From positions 1-64,000 of the forward strand of contig ML992504.1 of NCBI GenBank assembly GCA_010093995.1: a stretch of 64,000 bases of DNA, read 5' to 3'. Made by a program: the position numbers and the translations under genes. The stretch's first letter is position 1. Each line of letters begins with the position of its first letter. Below, in pieces: positions 23,756-35,540 of the stretch. The notes under the pieces are model-generated. The model did no database searches and was not told the DNA's origin. It saw only the letters and a list, made by a program, of their open reading frames with translations. The DNA comes from Elsinoe ampelina (lineage: Eukaryota).

Positions 23756-24682
23756 TCACGTTGACAAACCGAAGCTCGGCGCGAAGCGCAGAGGAATATG
23801 CAAGAGTCTCTCTCCGTTGCTAGATGGCCACGGTGGTCTCCCGGCCCGGATGTTCCACTGCAATGCCTGATGCATCAGGCGTGGTTGAGCGAGCGAAGCG
23901 TCCCTCTCTTGTCTCCAGCTCACGAAATCCTCCTCTTTCGTACCGCTCTTGACATGCTTGTTGGCTGCCTTTTGCTCCTTCACTGTCGAGTAAGGCCGCT
24001 CTCTGGGTCCGTCGTCCTCCGCTACCCTTTCAGAAGGAGGATAGTCATGACCTGTGTACAGTCTGAAATCATCCGGTAGATTAAGCAGGCGTGTCATCGA
24101 CTCCCAAAGCTGAGATGCCGAACCTCCTGGAAAGTCGGTTCTGGCAGACCCAACATCAGGGTTGAAAATGGAATCACCCGTTAGCACGTTGGATCCCACC
24201 ATGTATCCCACGTGATCTGGGGTATGGCCAGGCAGATGCATCACTTCAACTTTGACGTTACCAATGTTGAACATCTCGCCATCCGCGAACGTATGTTCGA
24301 AAGCGGCCTCGACCTCATAGCTAGGGATCGAGTATCTCTCAGCCCACCTCTGCTGGACTGCCGAGATGCCACATCCAATGCAGATCGGTACGTTGGTGCC
24401 TTGATCGACTAAGAGATGGTCCTGCAGATATGCTGCCGCAGTGAGGTGATCAGCATGAGCGTGAGTCTCCAAGATCCATTCCACAGTCAAGTTGTCATTC
24501 CTTATCGTCTCTAGAAGATGGTCGGCAGTCGTCGTTGAAATCTCGTTCTTGACAGGATCGTAGTCTAGCACAGGGTCGACGATAGCACTCGCTTTGGTCG
24601 AGAGGTCTGTTATGATATGTTGCCAGGTACCGGTTATCGGCTCGAAGATACTTCGAATGACTGGTTCCATGATTGGTATCAT
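23756..24682 (-). CDS. MBL-fold metallo-hydrolase, Blh/persulfide (sulfur) dioxygenase-like, intronless
   Basis: IVDPVLDYDP, WILETHAHADHLTAA (HxHxDH), HLPGHTPDH, GDSIFNPDVGSARTDFPGG, LYTGHDYPP, NKHV and QWNIRAG. The start may be 24670. Confidence 0.88.
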   Translation of the reverse strand: MIPIMEPVIRSIFEPITGTWQHIITDLSTKASAIVDPVLDYDPVKNEISTTTADHLLETIRNDNLTVEWILETHAHADHLTAAAYLQDHLLVDQGTNVPICIGCGISAVQQRWAERYSIPSYEVEAAFEHTFADGEMFNIGNVKVEVMHLPGHTPDHVGYMVGSNVLTGDSIFNPDVGSARTDFPGGSASQLWESMTRLLNLPDDFRLYTGHDYPPSERVAEDDGPRERPYSTVKEQKAANKHVKSGTKEEDFVSWRQERDASLAQPRLMHQALQWNIRAGRPPWPSSNGERLLHIPLRFAPSFGLST

Positions 24683-25061
24683 CGAGCTTAAGCCGAGAGC
24701 TAGTTTGCTGATCTCGTTGACCGGGAAGAAGGAGGAAAGGGTATATATAGCATCACAGCCGATGTATGATGTGACAGGTTTCAGAGCTATACTTGAGTCG
24801 AGATATGCGTCGACTTAGTGTGCGTTTTGGTCTTGGTAACACTCCGGGGGTCGCATGCTCGCAAGGTCGCCGAAGCGCATCGAGCAGGTCGGCGATCTGG
24901 GATTGATGGATTCGTGGGTTCAGGATTCTGGACACCATAGACCTCGCGACCATCTGAAGGTCTGCAGTTCAACCTCATTCCGATAAGGACCTTCCGCCAG
25001 ACGAGCCTGGAGAAGCGATACGCCGACCTCGCTCGAGTGGTATAACGGCGAATGCCTTGAT

Positions 25062-25953
25062 TCATGCCCTCTTGATCTCAATTGCCTTGAACTTTTCCGC
25101 AACATCTTTGATGGCTTTTTCGACGGGCAGACGCTCCATCGAGCTCGCTCCGAAGAATCCATCGAGGCCCGAGACTCGATCAAGGACATATCGTGCGTGG
25201 TCCGGTTCGGCGATCGGTCCCCCGTGACAAAGGACTATCACATCACCTCTCCTCTGCTTTGCTGCCGATTTGATTGCTTCGACATCCAACACGCACTGTT
25301 CGAGTGTCCGGCCTGTCTGCGCACCGATTGTGCCACTCGTCGTGAGGCCCATGTGGGCAACCACGACATCTGCCCCAGCGTCGACCATCTTCACAGCTTG
25401 ATCGGGATCGAAGACGTAGGGGCAAGTCAACATCTCCAAGTCATGCGCTGACCTGATCATCTCAATTTCATTGTCGAAGCCCATTCCAGTTTCTTCCAGA
25501 TTGGCCCGAAATGTACCGTCGATCAAGCCGACGGTTGGAAAGTTCTGTACGCCCTCAAAGCCCTTGTCTTGAAGCTGCTTCAGAAAGTTGGGCATCAGAC
25601 GGAATGGGTCAGAGGCGCATACTCCAGCAATGACAGGGACTCTCAAAATGATCGGAAGGACCTCATCACCCATTTCAAGGACGACATCATTGGCATTGCC
25701 GTATGGCATCAAGCCCGCCAGTGACCCTCGTCCAGCCATTCGAAAGCGGCCACTGTTATATATTATAATGAGATCTCCATTACCAGCTTCGATTGACTTC
25801 GCAGTGAGACCGATACCTGATACTTCGGTCAATATTGATCGGGGTCTTCTTCTTGGGTGGCTTACCTGCTCCTGCTCCGACAATGGGCTTTCCAGCGTCG
25901 ATTTGCTTGCGAAAGTCTGCCAGGATGCGCGTACGATCTGTTGGAGGTGCCAT
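25062..25953 (-). CDS. TIM-barrel protein of the PEP-hydrolase-like / TIM-barrel signal transduction family (Tm-1 C-terminal domain homologue); intron 25817-25865
   Basis: Exon 1 MAPPTDRTRILADFRKQIDAGKPIVGAGAG splices to IGLTAKSIEAG..DLIIIYNSGRFRMAGRGSLAGLMPYGNAN. Then GVQNFPTVGLIDG, VAHMGLTTSG, LCHGGPIAEP and GFFGASSMERLPVE. Confidence 0.92.
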
Positions 25954-26167
25954 ATCCTCTCGAGGTTGCGTGACCTTGGAATGACTTGAGGATGATATAG
26001 AAAACGAATCGCAGAGTCAGAGGTAAAATTTCGTAGAAGAATGTGTACATCACAAGCGGCACACCTTTCTATCTGATGACGCAGCGTCGGGATCACCATC
26101 TCCTCATCTACCACGGATATCTAGCAGACCTCGTAGATTTCGACAAAGACATGACGGATCTGCACTG

Positions 26168-27475
26168 ATGCCTCATATCATTTTGCTCGGGACTCTGGAC
26201 ACCAAATTGCAGGAGTTCAAGTTTCTGCATTCGCAGCTCCTGTCAAACTCCAATTTCTCACGAAAGCCACGGATAACAGTCATCGATTGCGGAAGATCAG
26301 AAGTCAAGGACGATGTCATTAGTATCAGGCAGACAGACCTTGTCACAAAACACGGGAGTGAGTCTGTCGGCCCTCTCTCATCCATGTCACGTGGTGAGGT
26401 CATCAAATTCATGACCAGCTGTGCCACCAAGTGCGTAAAACAACTCATTGCGACCGAAAATGTCCATGCCATCTTTGGTGCCGGGGGCTCTGGTGGTACG
26501 AGCCTGATATCTGCAGTCATGAGAGATGCAGCTCCGATCGGAATGCCAAAGCTCATCGTTAGCACAATCGCTTCTGGAGATACGGGATCGCTGGTTGGGG
26601 AGACGGATATTACCATGATGTATAGTGTTGTCGACATTGCCGGAAGCAATTCGATATTGGATACAGTGCTAGCTAATGCTGCCGCTGCCATACTGGCAAT
26701 GGCAGCAAACCACGAATCGAAGAAGAGCCAGCATCGTGACCAAGCTCGTCTTCGGATTGGGATCACGATGTTTGGGGTCACAACGCCTGGCGTGAATGCC
26801 ATTCGACATCGGCTTGAACATCACCACCAGGCAGAAGTTCTGGTCTTCCATGCCACGGGTCATGGAGGTAAGGCAATGGAGAGACTGGTGCGAGAAGGTC
26901 AATTGGACGCTGTCATCGATCTCACCACGACTGAAATATGCGACCACCTGCTGGGCGGTAACATGAGCGCGGGACCAAATCGACTTGAAGCTGCTTTGAA
27001 GGCCGGTACCCCGACAATCATCTCACTGGGCGCCCCTGGTAAGTCTGATTCAAGTGAGTAACACCCGCCGTTGACAAGGCTAGACATGGTAAACTTTGGA
27101 CCAATAGGTTCCGTGCCAGCCAAGTATGAGAAGCGAAAGCTGTTGGAACATAATCCGACGGTGACGCTCATGCGAACCAGTGCGGAGGAATGCAAAGCTG
27201 TTGGGGGTTTCATTCTTGACAAGATCAATCGCTTCGCCAGTAATCCTCACCACGTCCAAGTTTGGGTTCCAACGGGAGGCATCAGTATGGTTGCCGTTCC
27301 AGGTGCGGTATTCCACGATGCATCAGCGGACAAGGCACTGTTCTCCTTACTGCGTAGCGGACTACAGGGAAAGGACGTCAAGTTGATCGAGGACGATCGT
27401 GACATCAACGACAAGGATTTGGCAATCAGCATCGCCGATGCTTTGATCAAAATTATCAACGATTGTGCAAGATGA
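26168..27475 (+). CDS. UPF0261 / Tm-1-like ATP-binding domain protein; intron 27039-27083
   Basis: LLGTLDTK, GAGGSGGTSL, PIGMPKLIVST, DITMMYSVVDIAGSN, TMFGVTTP, VFHATGHGGKAME, DLTTTEICD, SLGAP|DMVNFG, HNPTVTLMRTS and PTGGISM. Confidence 0.92.
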
Positions 27476-27613
27476 CACTGTGTCTAAAGGCTTGCGGAGG
27501 TATTGGTGCTGATTAATGGTATGTATGTACAAGAAGCATGCTTCCGCGGAAGCTGTGAATAGAATGACCGCATGTTGCAGATTGGTTTTCTGGTGAAGAT
27601 CGACATTGATATC

Positions 27614-29193
27614 TTACAGCTTGCTGTACCCGTTGGCTCCGGTAATAACAACGGCGAACTGATTGCGCCACTCGCCAATGTTGGTCGCCTTCTGGTAATC
27701 GACCGCTGCATTGTAGAAAGTACAGCGGATGGTTGTCTGCATCGATGGATTCGGGCACTCACTGGCCGGATTTTGAGTCGGAGAGCGCTCGTAGTAGATG
27801 CTGAAGCCCTTGCAACCAGTAATAGAGTCGCATTGAGCGCTGCACTCCGTGACGTTGTAAGTTGCAAGATTCAGCATGCCAATGTAGCCATCCTGATTTA
27901 GCGAAGCGTAGAAGCCGGCGTATTCCCCTGTATATATTAGCATTCAGTTTCGTTTTCCAGGCTAGCTTGACTTACAAGTATAACCTCTTGGTGCTCTTGC
28001 GGATCCGGAGATGATATACAAGCCATTATCCGCCAAAAAGCCAGCTGGAGTCATGACTCCTGGAATGTAGGTGGAACCATAGTTTGGCTGTCTGCCACAT
28101 GGATCGTTGACACCGAGTACTCTAGTGGTCGTCGAAACCGCGGCGGTAGATGTCGTCGCGATGGCAGCAAGAGTTGTGATGGTAGACACACCCGAGGACG
28201 AAATGGATGAGGTAACGATCGAAGATGTGGCTGCGGATGACGAGGCAGAAGGCGAATTGGAGCTTGTCGAGCTTGATGCCGGTGCAGAAGTAGTGGCGGA
28301 AGAGCGGACGGACGAAGTAGTGGCAGATGTGGTGGTCGCCGAGGTTGAGACCGTTGTAGTCCTGCTGCTCGATGCACTTGCTGTTCTGGAAGACGTTCTT
28401 ACAGAGCTACTCGTTGCCGACAAACATTGATAATAGTAAGCATTCGCCGACACGCAAGCCCATCCATTTACACAGTCGTAGGTCTGGGTGACAGGCGAGC
28501 CGACACCGCAAGCTCCCCACCCATCGACGGTCGGTGTCACGACCGCGGCGGCGGCAGCGGCAGTGGTGGTAGTGACTGTCGCGCTGGTTGTTCTACTAGC
28601 TGCAGAGCTCGAAGTGGCGGACAAACACTGGTAGTAAAAAGCATTTGCGGACCTGTTAAAGCCGTCAGTCACCATCGACCATGTCGAAGACGCTGGCCGT
28701 ACACGCAAGCCCATCCGTTGACACAATCGTATGTCGAAGTCACAGGTGATCCAGCGCCACACCCAGCCCACGGCTGCATTGTCTGCTGTTGACGTTTCTG
28801 AAGATTGGCAGGCTCGGTGGTAACGGGGGCGTCCACTCCGGTCTGAACGATGCGTATCTTTGGCGTCGCGACAGCAGCTTTCTTGTTGGTCTTGGCTGCC
28901 TTCTTCTTCTTCTTTGTGGTCTTCTTCGCCGGCTTCTTCTTCGTCGTCTTGACCGGCTTTTTCTTGGTTGTCGTCAGGATTGTGGTGTCGACAATCGCGG
29001 TGGTTGTTGCTAACGCTGGGGCTGTAGTCGATGGCTTCATAGATTGCATAGCCTTCAACACTGATGACACAGCGGAGGCCCTGTCCTTGATGGTCATGGG
29101 ACTCTGGGATCCATCCTCCTGAACATCCTGCTCGACCTCAGCGGCAATAGCCACCGTGGCCAAAGTAGTAAGAGAGGCAAGAAGGAATCTCAT
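27614..29193 (-). CDS. Secreted modular protein: Lys-rich pro-region, two CBM1-like modules, S/T linker and an uncharacterised Cys-rich C-terminal domain; introns 28653-28702 and 27928-27975
   Basis: Signal MRFLLASLTTLATVAIA; LQKR Kex2-like site; near-duplicate modules WAGCGAGSPVTSTYDCVNGWACVSANAFYYQC and WGACGVGSPVTQTYDCVNGWACVSANAYYYQC; C-terminal CSAQCDSITGC..YYERSP..CPNP..IGEWRNQFAVVITGANGY. Confidence 0.8.
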
Positions 29194-31821
29194 GGTCAGC
29201 GATCCAGGGACACACGATGTAGACAGAGAAAGCTACAATGCAAGCCGGTATAGGGCGAACCTTGATGGATATTTATCTCTTCCCAATCCATTGTTTCAGC
29301 AGACCGGATCATTGAACAATCGATTCGGAGCAAAGTCCGCCAAGTTGCATGTATCGAGACGTTGGGCGGATAGTATAGGCGACAACGGCGCAAGTTCGAC
29401 CAGAATTGGAACCACGAAACGACGCCGTTGGGACGTTACTCGGGAAAGGCTGAATACAATGCCTATGCTGTCAAAGCCCATGTCATCATCCTCAGTGGTG
29501 ATAGTGAGTCTGCGACATGTACTCACTGGAGAGGATGGTAGCCCCGCCTTGTGCGAGCAAGGGAAGCATGTCGACGTTCACCGTTTGAGAAGTATCGAAC
29601 GGATCCCTGCGATTGAAGACGATCAGACACGATAGCCTACATGCTACTGCACATACCGCATGGTAAGCTCAGTTGAAGCCCTACTTTCGTGAAGAAGCCG
29701 GGCAGGCGAATACGATTCCGCATCTTTGGGAACGGTATACAAGGAAACGGCGGTCTCTCGGGATGCGCCACAAGAGTGCTATCAACGGTCTTGCAAACGG
29801 CTCAGCCATATATCAAGCCATACATTGGGGGCGTTGGATGCATGGCAGAAATACTCTTAGCTTCTCCAGCATTCGATCTGCATGCGGTCGTCATGACTGC
29901 CGGAATGAGATTATCAATGTTGTCGAATAGCCAGAAACATGCTGAGTAGCCGCATAGGCGGTGTCGAGTCATGAGCGAGGTCTGCTTAGGACTATCGCAG
30001 AACGTCATGACCATGATCGAGCTTGATAATGTCTGTAAGCTTTTATTCAAGGTTTCTTTTGGCGAGCGTTGCAAGCCTTGCCAACGTTCACCAGGTCACC
30101 AACGTGGGTTTCGCGGAAATCTCCCAGTGTGCGGAAAGTGAAGTCGGGGGATGGCCAGGCGATGCAAGCTGGCGACGAGAAACGGCTCGAGACAATCCGT
30201 ATAGTGGATGATTCCGGTTTCCTGAGGATATAGAAGAAAGTCTCCATTGTACCAGGTATGAACGAGACCGTCAATATCTTCCTACGCCCGGCAGATGCTG
30301 GAAAGGGACATTTGATGCTGGCTTATGGCCGTACAGAGCCAAAGGTGACCATGCAGGAGAGCAACCCGACCGCGGCAACCACAGATCACGACTATGCTGA
30401 TGCTGAGTGATCTATGTGAACAGCATAAGACACTTGACATGATCTCAAACCGAAGATGGTTCAAGTTCCTTCGAGTGATCGGTTGTGAAGTCTTGGCCAT
30501 TATTGTCACCGACCAGGATCAACGGTATTGCTGGGCGTCTCTCCTTACGGCCGAGAATAATAGGAAGTGTATTCAACGGTAGTGAATCGCGCCGCATACG
30601 AATAGCTGCAATTCGATTGCAGTCGTGTCGGTCATATCACCGCAGTGCACCCGAACGAGCCATGTCGCTTGTTGATTCCCGGAAGTGTTGCTGATCATGA
30701 TCCATTGGCGTTCGGCCGATTGCGACACAGTCTGTTGCTTTCGCTGCTAATCTGCTCGATTGAACAAGGCGACATCCGAGTGTATGCCAACTCACTGAAC
30801 TTCGCCGGAATCACAGCAGATCCCAAATTAAGCCCACTGGAGACTTGTCATGCATTGTGGGTGCCGAGGCTGTAGAACTTTGATGCCAACACAGAGGCAG
30901 AGTCTGCTTATAATTTGCTCACTTTCCTAAGTGGCGCGAGAAGGCCAGACATGCTCTATCCGATCGGCACACGAATCTAGATACTTGTTGTCGCAGACTC
31001 CAGTCAGGGTCAGTGAAATTCCGTGAGACAGATCAAGACGGTCGCAGCCTCAGTATGTCATTCCTCTCCAAGAGGCGTCCCTGTAAACAGAGGTGGATCG
31101 ATTCGCATGGAATCCAGGAGGAAATGCCTCGGTTGCTGGATGTGACAGGCTGTAATACCTGTGCCCCAGGATCTTGCATACGGTGGTGATGAATGTTGCT
31201 GAGAAGGCCATTGAGGCAGAATACAGTGTCATTTCCTCGGCTTGTCGAAGCATTTGTGCAGGCCATGTTGGAGAAGGATGGGCGGAAGTCAGAAGATCGA
31301 AAAAACCTGGAGATGATGTGCGGGGCTTGGTGTCAAAGCTTAACTAAAGCTTGGGCGATTGGCAGGAACCATCTGGAGAGAGGACCAGATTGGATCAATC
31401 ACATTGCACCTCGGCATCTGTCAGTGTCAGGATCCATGCTTGACACATTCCCAATGGCGCTAAAGAAACGCTCCCCACAGATTCCTGCGTGACCATGACT
31501 TGTGTAGCTGTGAATATGCAGCGTTTCAGCACCTGCCGAGGTATCCAGAGCTTCAGACGTGTTGGGCATATCCCTGATCTGAGATAGTTCTGACTCTGTA
31601 AGTATTCGATTGGTGTTGAGACATTACCCCAGGTGGTCATGTGGAGAAAGAGTGTAAATCAAGCGGATAAGCAGTCATAAAGCTGTCTAGCCAGAAAGGG
31701 GGGGAGGATCAAGGAGCAGCATATAAAAAGATGCTGATAGTCCGAGTATTTGTCTTGACCACACAGTCCAACTTGATTACTTCCAATCTTTGACTAAGTG
31801 GCATCTTTACTTTCTGCCAAC

Positions 31822-32567
31822 ATGAAGATCACGCTTGGTCTCGCTGCTCTCGCCGGGTTGGGTGCTGCTGCACCGACCGACCTTGACAAACGCCAGACAG
31901 GCTCGACTGCCAATGAACTGAGTGGACCATGCCGTCCTGTCACTTTTATCTTTGCCAGAGGATCCACAGAGACCGGCAACTTGGTAAGTGTGATAGTGTA
32001 GCCTGTCGGCTGTCATTGACCGCGACAAGGGTACCATCATTGGACCTCCAGTTTCGAACGGCCTGAAGGCTCGCTACGGCGCAGGCAACATCGCCACTCA
32101 GGGTGTCAACTACGCTGCCCTCCTTACCACCAACTTCATTCCCAATGGTGGAGATCCTCAGGGTATCCAGGATATGAAGAACCAACTTACCACGGCCGCC
32201 AACAAATGCCCAAACACCAAGATTGTGGCTGGTGGTTACAGGTATGTTGATCGGACGCCGATGACGACCAGATCATGCACTTATACAGCCATACAGTCAG
32301 GGAGCTGCCATTACCCATCAAGCCATCGAGACCTTGTCGGCTGCGGTACGCAACCGCATTGTTGCGGCCGTAACCTTTGGTGATACCCAGAATCTTCAGG
32401 ATGGAGGCCGCATTCCCAATTATCCGCCGGCCAATACTCGCATCTTCTGCGCGCTCGGCGACCCCGTCTGTGTTGGAACTCTCATCATCAATGTCGCGCA
32501 CTTGTCGTATGGCGTCGATGCAGGGCCAGCCGTTAGCTTCCTCAGCTCCAAGATTGGCAACATCTAG
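31822..32567 (+). CDS. Cutinase (CE5), secreted; two introns (about 31984-32029 and 32242-32296)
   Basis: Signal/pro-peptide ending [29 protein letters not shown] nucleophile motif split by an intron; [24 protein letters not shown] at 31722-31728. Confidence 0.95.
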
Positions 32568-33009
32568 TGGTGTAGGAATGGGTTGGCTGGCGATGAGGTG
32601 AGAACACAGCTGGGTGGTATAAAGGAATGAGAGAATAGCTTGTGCTGTAGTTTTCTAGTACGTACTTGATCTTTGAATAAAGCCACCCGCTAGTTACCAA
32701 ACCAACGACAGACGATCAAGGTTGTCCGGTCGAAATGCTGTGGATTCAAGAAAACATGAAAGGATGAAAAAAGAAGTCCGGCAGAGTGACGCGGTAGCAA
32801 AAACCGCCGTATTAGACGGTTTTAGCGTAAAAGACGCTAAATTGCATGGCGTCAGGGACCTGGGCGTGCTCCACCAATTTTGGCAGAGATTATCCCATCC
32901 GGCGGACTCCGATAGATATCTCTTGGCTCGATTCTGCCACCCTTTGCCACTTTTATGTCGTCGATATAGCTTGTAAAATTGTTAATCTTAGAGTCACTAA
33001 TTTGCTGTA

Positions 33010-34200
33010 ATGGATGACTATTACTACTATACTCTAATAATAGCCCTTATAGCTCTTATAGTTATAATAGCTACTTATAATAAAGAGAAGCGCTAGTAGT
33101 AACCTCTATATATTAATTAGCCTCGGTAGAGAGAGTAAGAGGCCCCCCCCTATCGATATAGAGACCTCTATCTATACTATTAATTTATATAGACAATTAA
33201 TTAATAGGAGAATTATAAGTTTAATAAGCTAGTATAGTAGGTATATACTCTTAATAGCTAAGCTATCGATAGCTAATAAGACTATACTAGCTTTACGAGA
33301 CTTAAGGTTATTAAACTAATTAATATATTAGATATCTAGTAGCTACGATTTACTAATAAGATTAAGCCTTTACTAGAGCTAGTACTCTATATAACTCTTT
33401 ACTAGCTAGCTTATCTAGGTTAGTAGTATATTTAATCTAACCTCTTTAGCTAGTATATTAGCTATCTATCGATAATTACTATAGAGGTAATTCTTTACCT
33501 TAAGTATAAATTTAGTAGCCTTCTTAATTAGTACTCTTAGCTAGATAACTACTACTAGCTTAAGTACTTTAGCTAGTGTATTAAGTAAGGTAGTAGGGAT
33601 AGAGTAATCTAGAGCTTCCTCGATAGTATCTTTAGAGGCTTCTAAAGGCTAATAATTAATTAAGAAGCCTATTACTCTAGCTATAAGAAGGAGTATAGTA
33701 TAAAGTATACTAGTATCTATATACTAGATAGTCTAATATCCTTATATACTAGTCTATACTAAGGAGCTATTAATAACTAGAGCTAGTTCTTAGTGTCTAA
33801 ATTACTATAGAGATTAGGTAAAATTAATAAGAGAGTTAAAGAAGATAATATACTATTCCTCCTTAGAGATACTACCTACTAGCTTAGTAAGAGCGTTATT
33901 AACTTATTACTCCCTTTAGCTAAGCTAGAGTCTTAACGCTAGAGGCTACTATATTTAACTAGAGAATAGCCTTAATCTATATAGAGGTAAAGTACGTCTT
34001 TAGACTTATAAGAAAGTACTAGACCTATATAGATTATAATAGAGACTTATCTATAGTACGCTAGCCTATAGATATATATTACTAAGTTTATATACTCTTA
34101 ACTAATCTTTATATAGTAACGAACGGAGGAAATTAAATATCTAAGCGCTTTATATACTCTCTACTAATAATAAGACAATATTTAAGACTTATACTAGATA
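33010..34200 (+). pseudogene. DDE_Tnp_4 (Harbinger-type) transposase relic
   Basis: Reversing C>T/G>A changes by eye gives LYRLAYP..LFGR, VIWGFLDG..RP..NQEAYYSG.KKEHG.KY....PDGL....GP..G..ND, LGDAAY, FNQRMASIRIEVEHVFG..KYW and LLTNL..GGNQISKRF. Stops are TAA/TAG at Gln/Trp positions, and there is at least one frameshift. Confidence 0.85.
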
Positions 34201-34599
34201 AATTTATAGAATAGAAAGACTTAGAAGAGAGTATATAGTATAAAACGCCGAGCATTAAACGCTATATACTAAAATATTTATACCTATTAAATTGTTAGTA
34301 TAATATTATAATAATAATACAAATTAATTTCTACTATAAATAGTATACTCTAAATTACTTATCTATACTTCTCTAAGCTTAAAAGAAGTTATAGTAGTAA
34401 AGTTATAAATTTTAAAAGTAATAATAGCTAACTCTAGTAATAGCTTTAGTATTTAACAATAAGAGAATATAATTAGGTAAGTACTTATAAGATTAACTTT
34501 ATTAATATTATAAAATTCTCTACTACCTCTAGTACTTCCTTTATCTCTTTTATCTTTACTACGCTATATAATTTAACTACTTAATTACTATAGTATTAT

Positions 34600-35540
34600 A
34601 AGGACTTAGTTCTAGCTATACTATATTTGCTATAATTACAACTCTAATATAGCTAGTCTCTAGTCTTAAGTAGGTAAGGTACCGCTCGAGAGGTTATAGA
34701 TATAATTAACTAATCGATTAATAGGCTTAACTAAGCTTAAAGAAGTTAGCTATATACTAGTAGCTAATAATATAGAAGATAAAGAAATAAGACTCTAGCT
34801 ACTAACTAATAAAGAACTTATTTACTAAGATACTTAGTAAGCGTTCTAGATAGCTTAAGCTTAGTTTACTTAGTCTATTATTATATTATAAGTTCTTATA
34901 GTTACTACTACTTATTAAGCTTATAATTGTTAAGTCTCTTTTTACTTAGTAATTTCTCTCTTATATAGTAGCTAGTAAGTATCTATAAACTTGTCTAAGG
35001 CGTTATTTAAAGGCAATTATATCTCCTTACTAGAGTAGTTAGTAGTAAAGTTAGTATGCTTATTCTTTCTCTTAGTAATTAAATTTTTAAAGTTATACCT
35101 TAAGCTACTATACTTATAACTCTCTACTATAAACTACTAATAATTAAGAAGCTAACTAAACTTCTAGAAAGTAATAAATTAAAGCTACGCGCTAATACTA
35201 TAAGTAATTCGGACAAGTAATAGCTTCTTCTTAATAGGCTACTAGCTAAGCTTATACTAGTAGTATACTACTTACTCTAGTGTCTTTTCTTTCTTCTTCT
35301 TCTTCTCCTTCTTAACTTTACCTCTCTTACTTCTCTTACTAGTACTAGCTTTACTAGCCTTAGTAGTCTTAGCCTCTTCTACTAGTTATAAAGTAGTTAT
35401 AGCTACTACCTCTTATTCTTCTCTCTCTCTTTCTTAGCTACTTTAACTTACTTCTCTACTACTATATAAGCCTTGTCCTTTACCTTTTCTAGCGCCTTAA
35501 CTACGTAGCGCTTTAGCCTCTACTACTAGTTATAGATAGA
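34600..35540 (-). pseudogene. Probable second (DNA-binding/accessory) ORF relic of the Harbinger element, convergent with the transposase
   Basis: The minus strand reads as a K/E-rich stretch followed by KKKLLLVRI....FITFWKF...ALNNALDKFID. PHIS elements typically carry a second ORF. Boundaries are approximate. Confidence 0.45.

Noticed and set aside
25954..26114. N-terminal extension of the 350-aa TIM-barrel ORF in the track
   Set aside because: The true exon 1 is in another frame (ATG 25953, intron 25817-25865). The extension is promoter sequence.
29200..31800. Scattered 60-160 aa ORFs in a 2.6-kb GC-balanced interval; possible decayed gene
   Set aside because: No recognisable motif or consistent spliced frame. 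It cannot be supported without a homology search.
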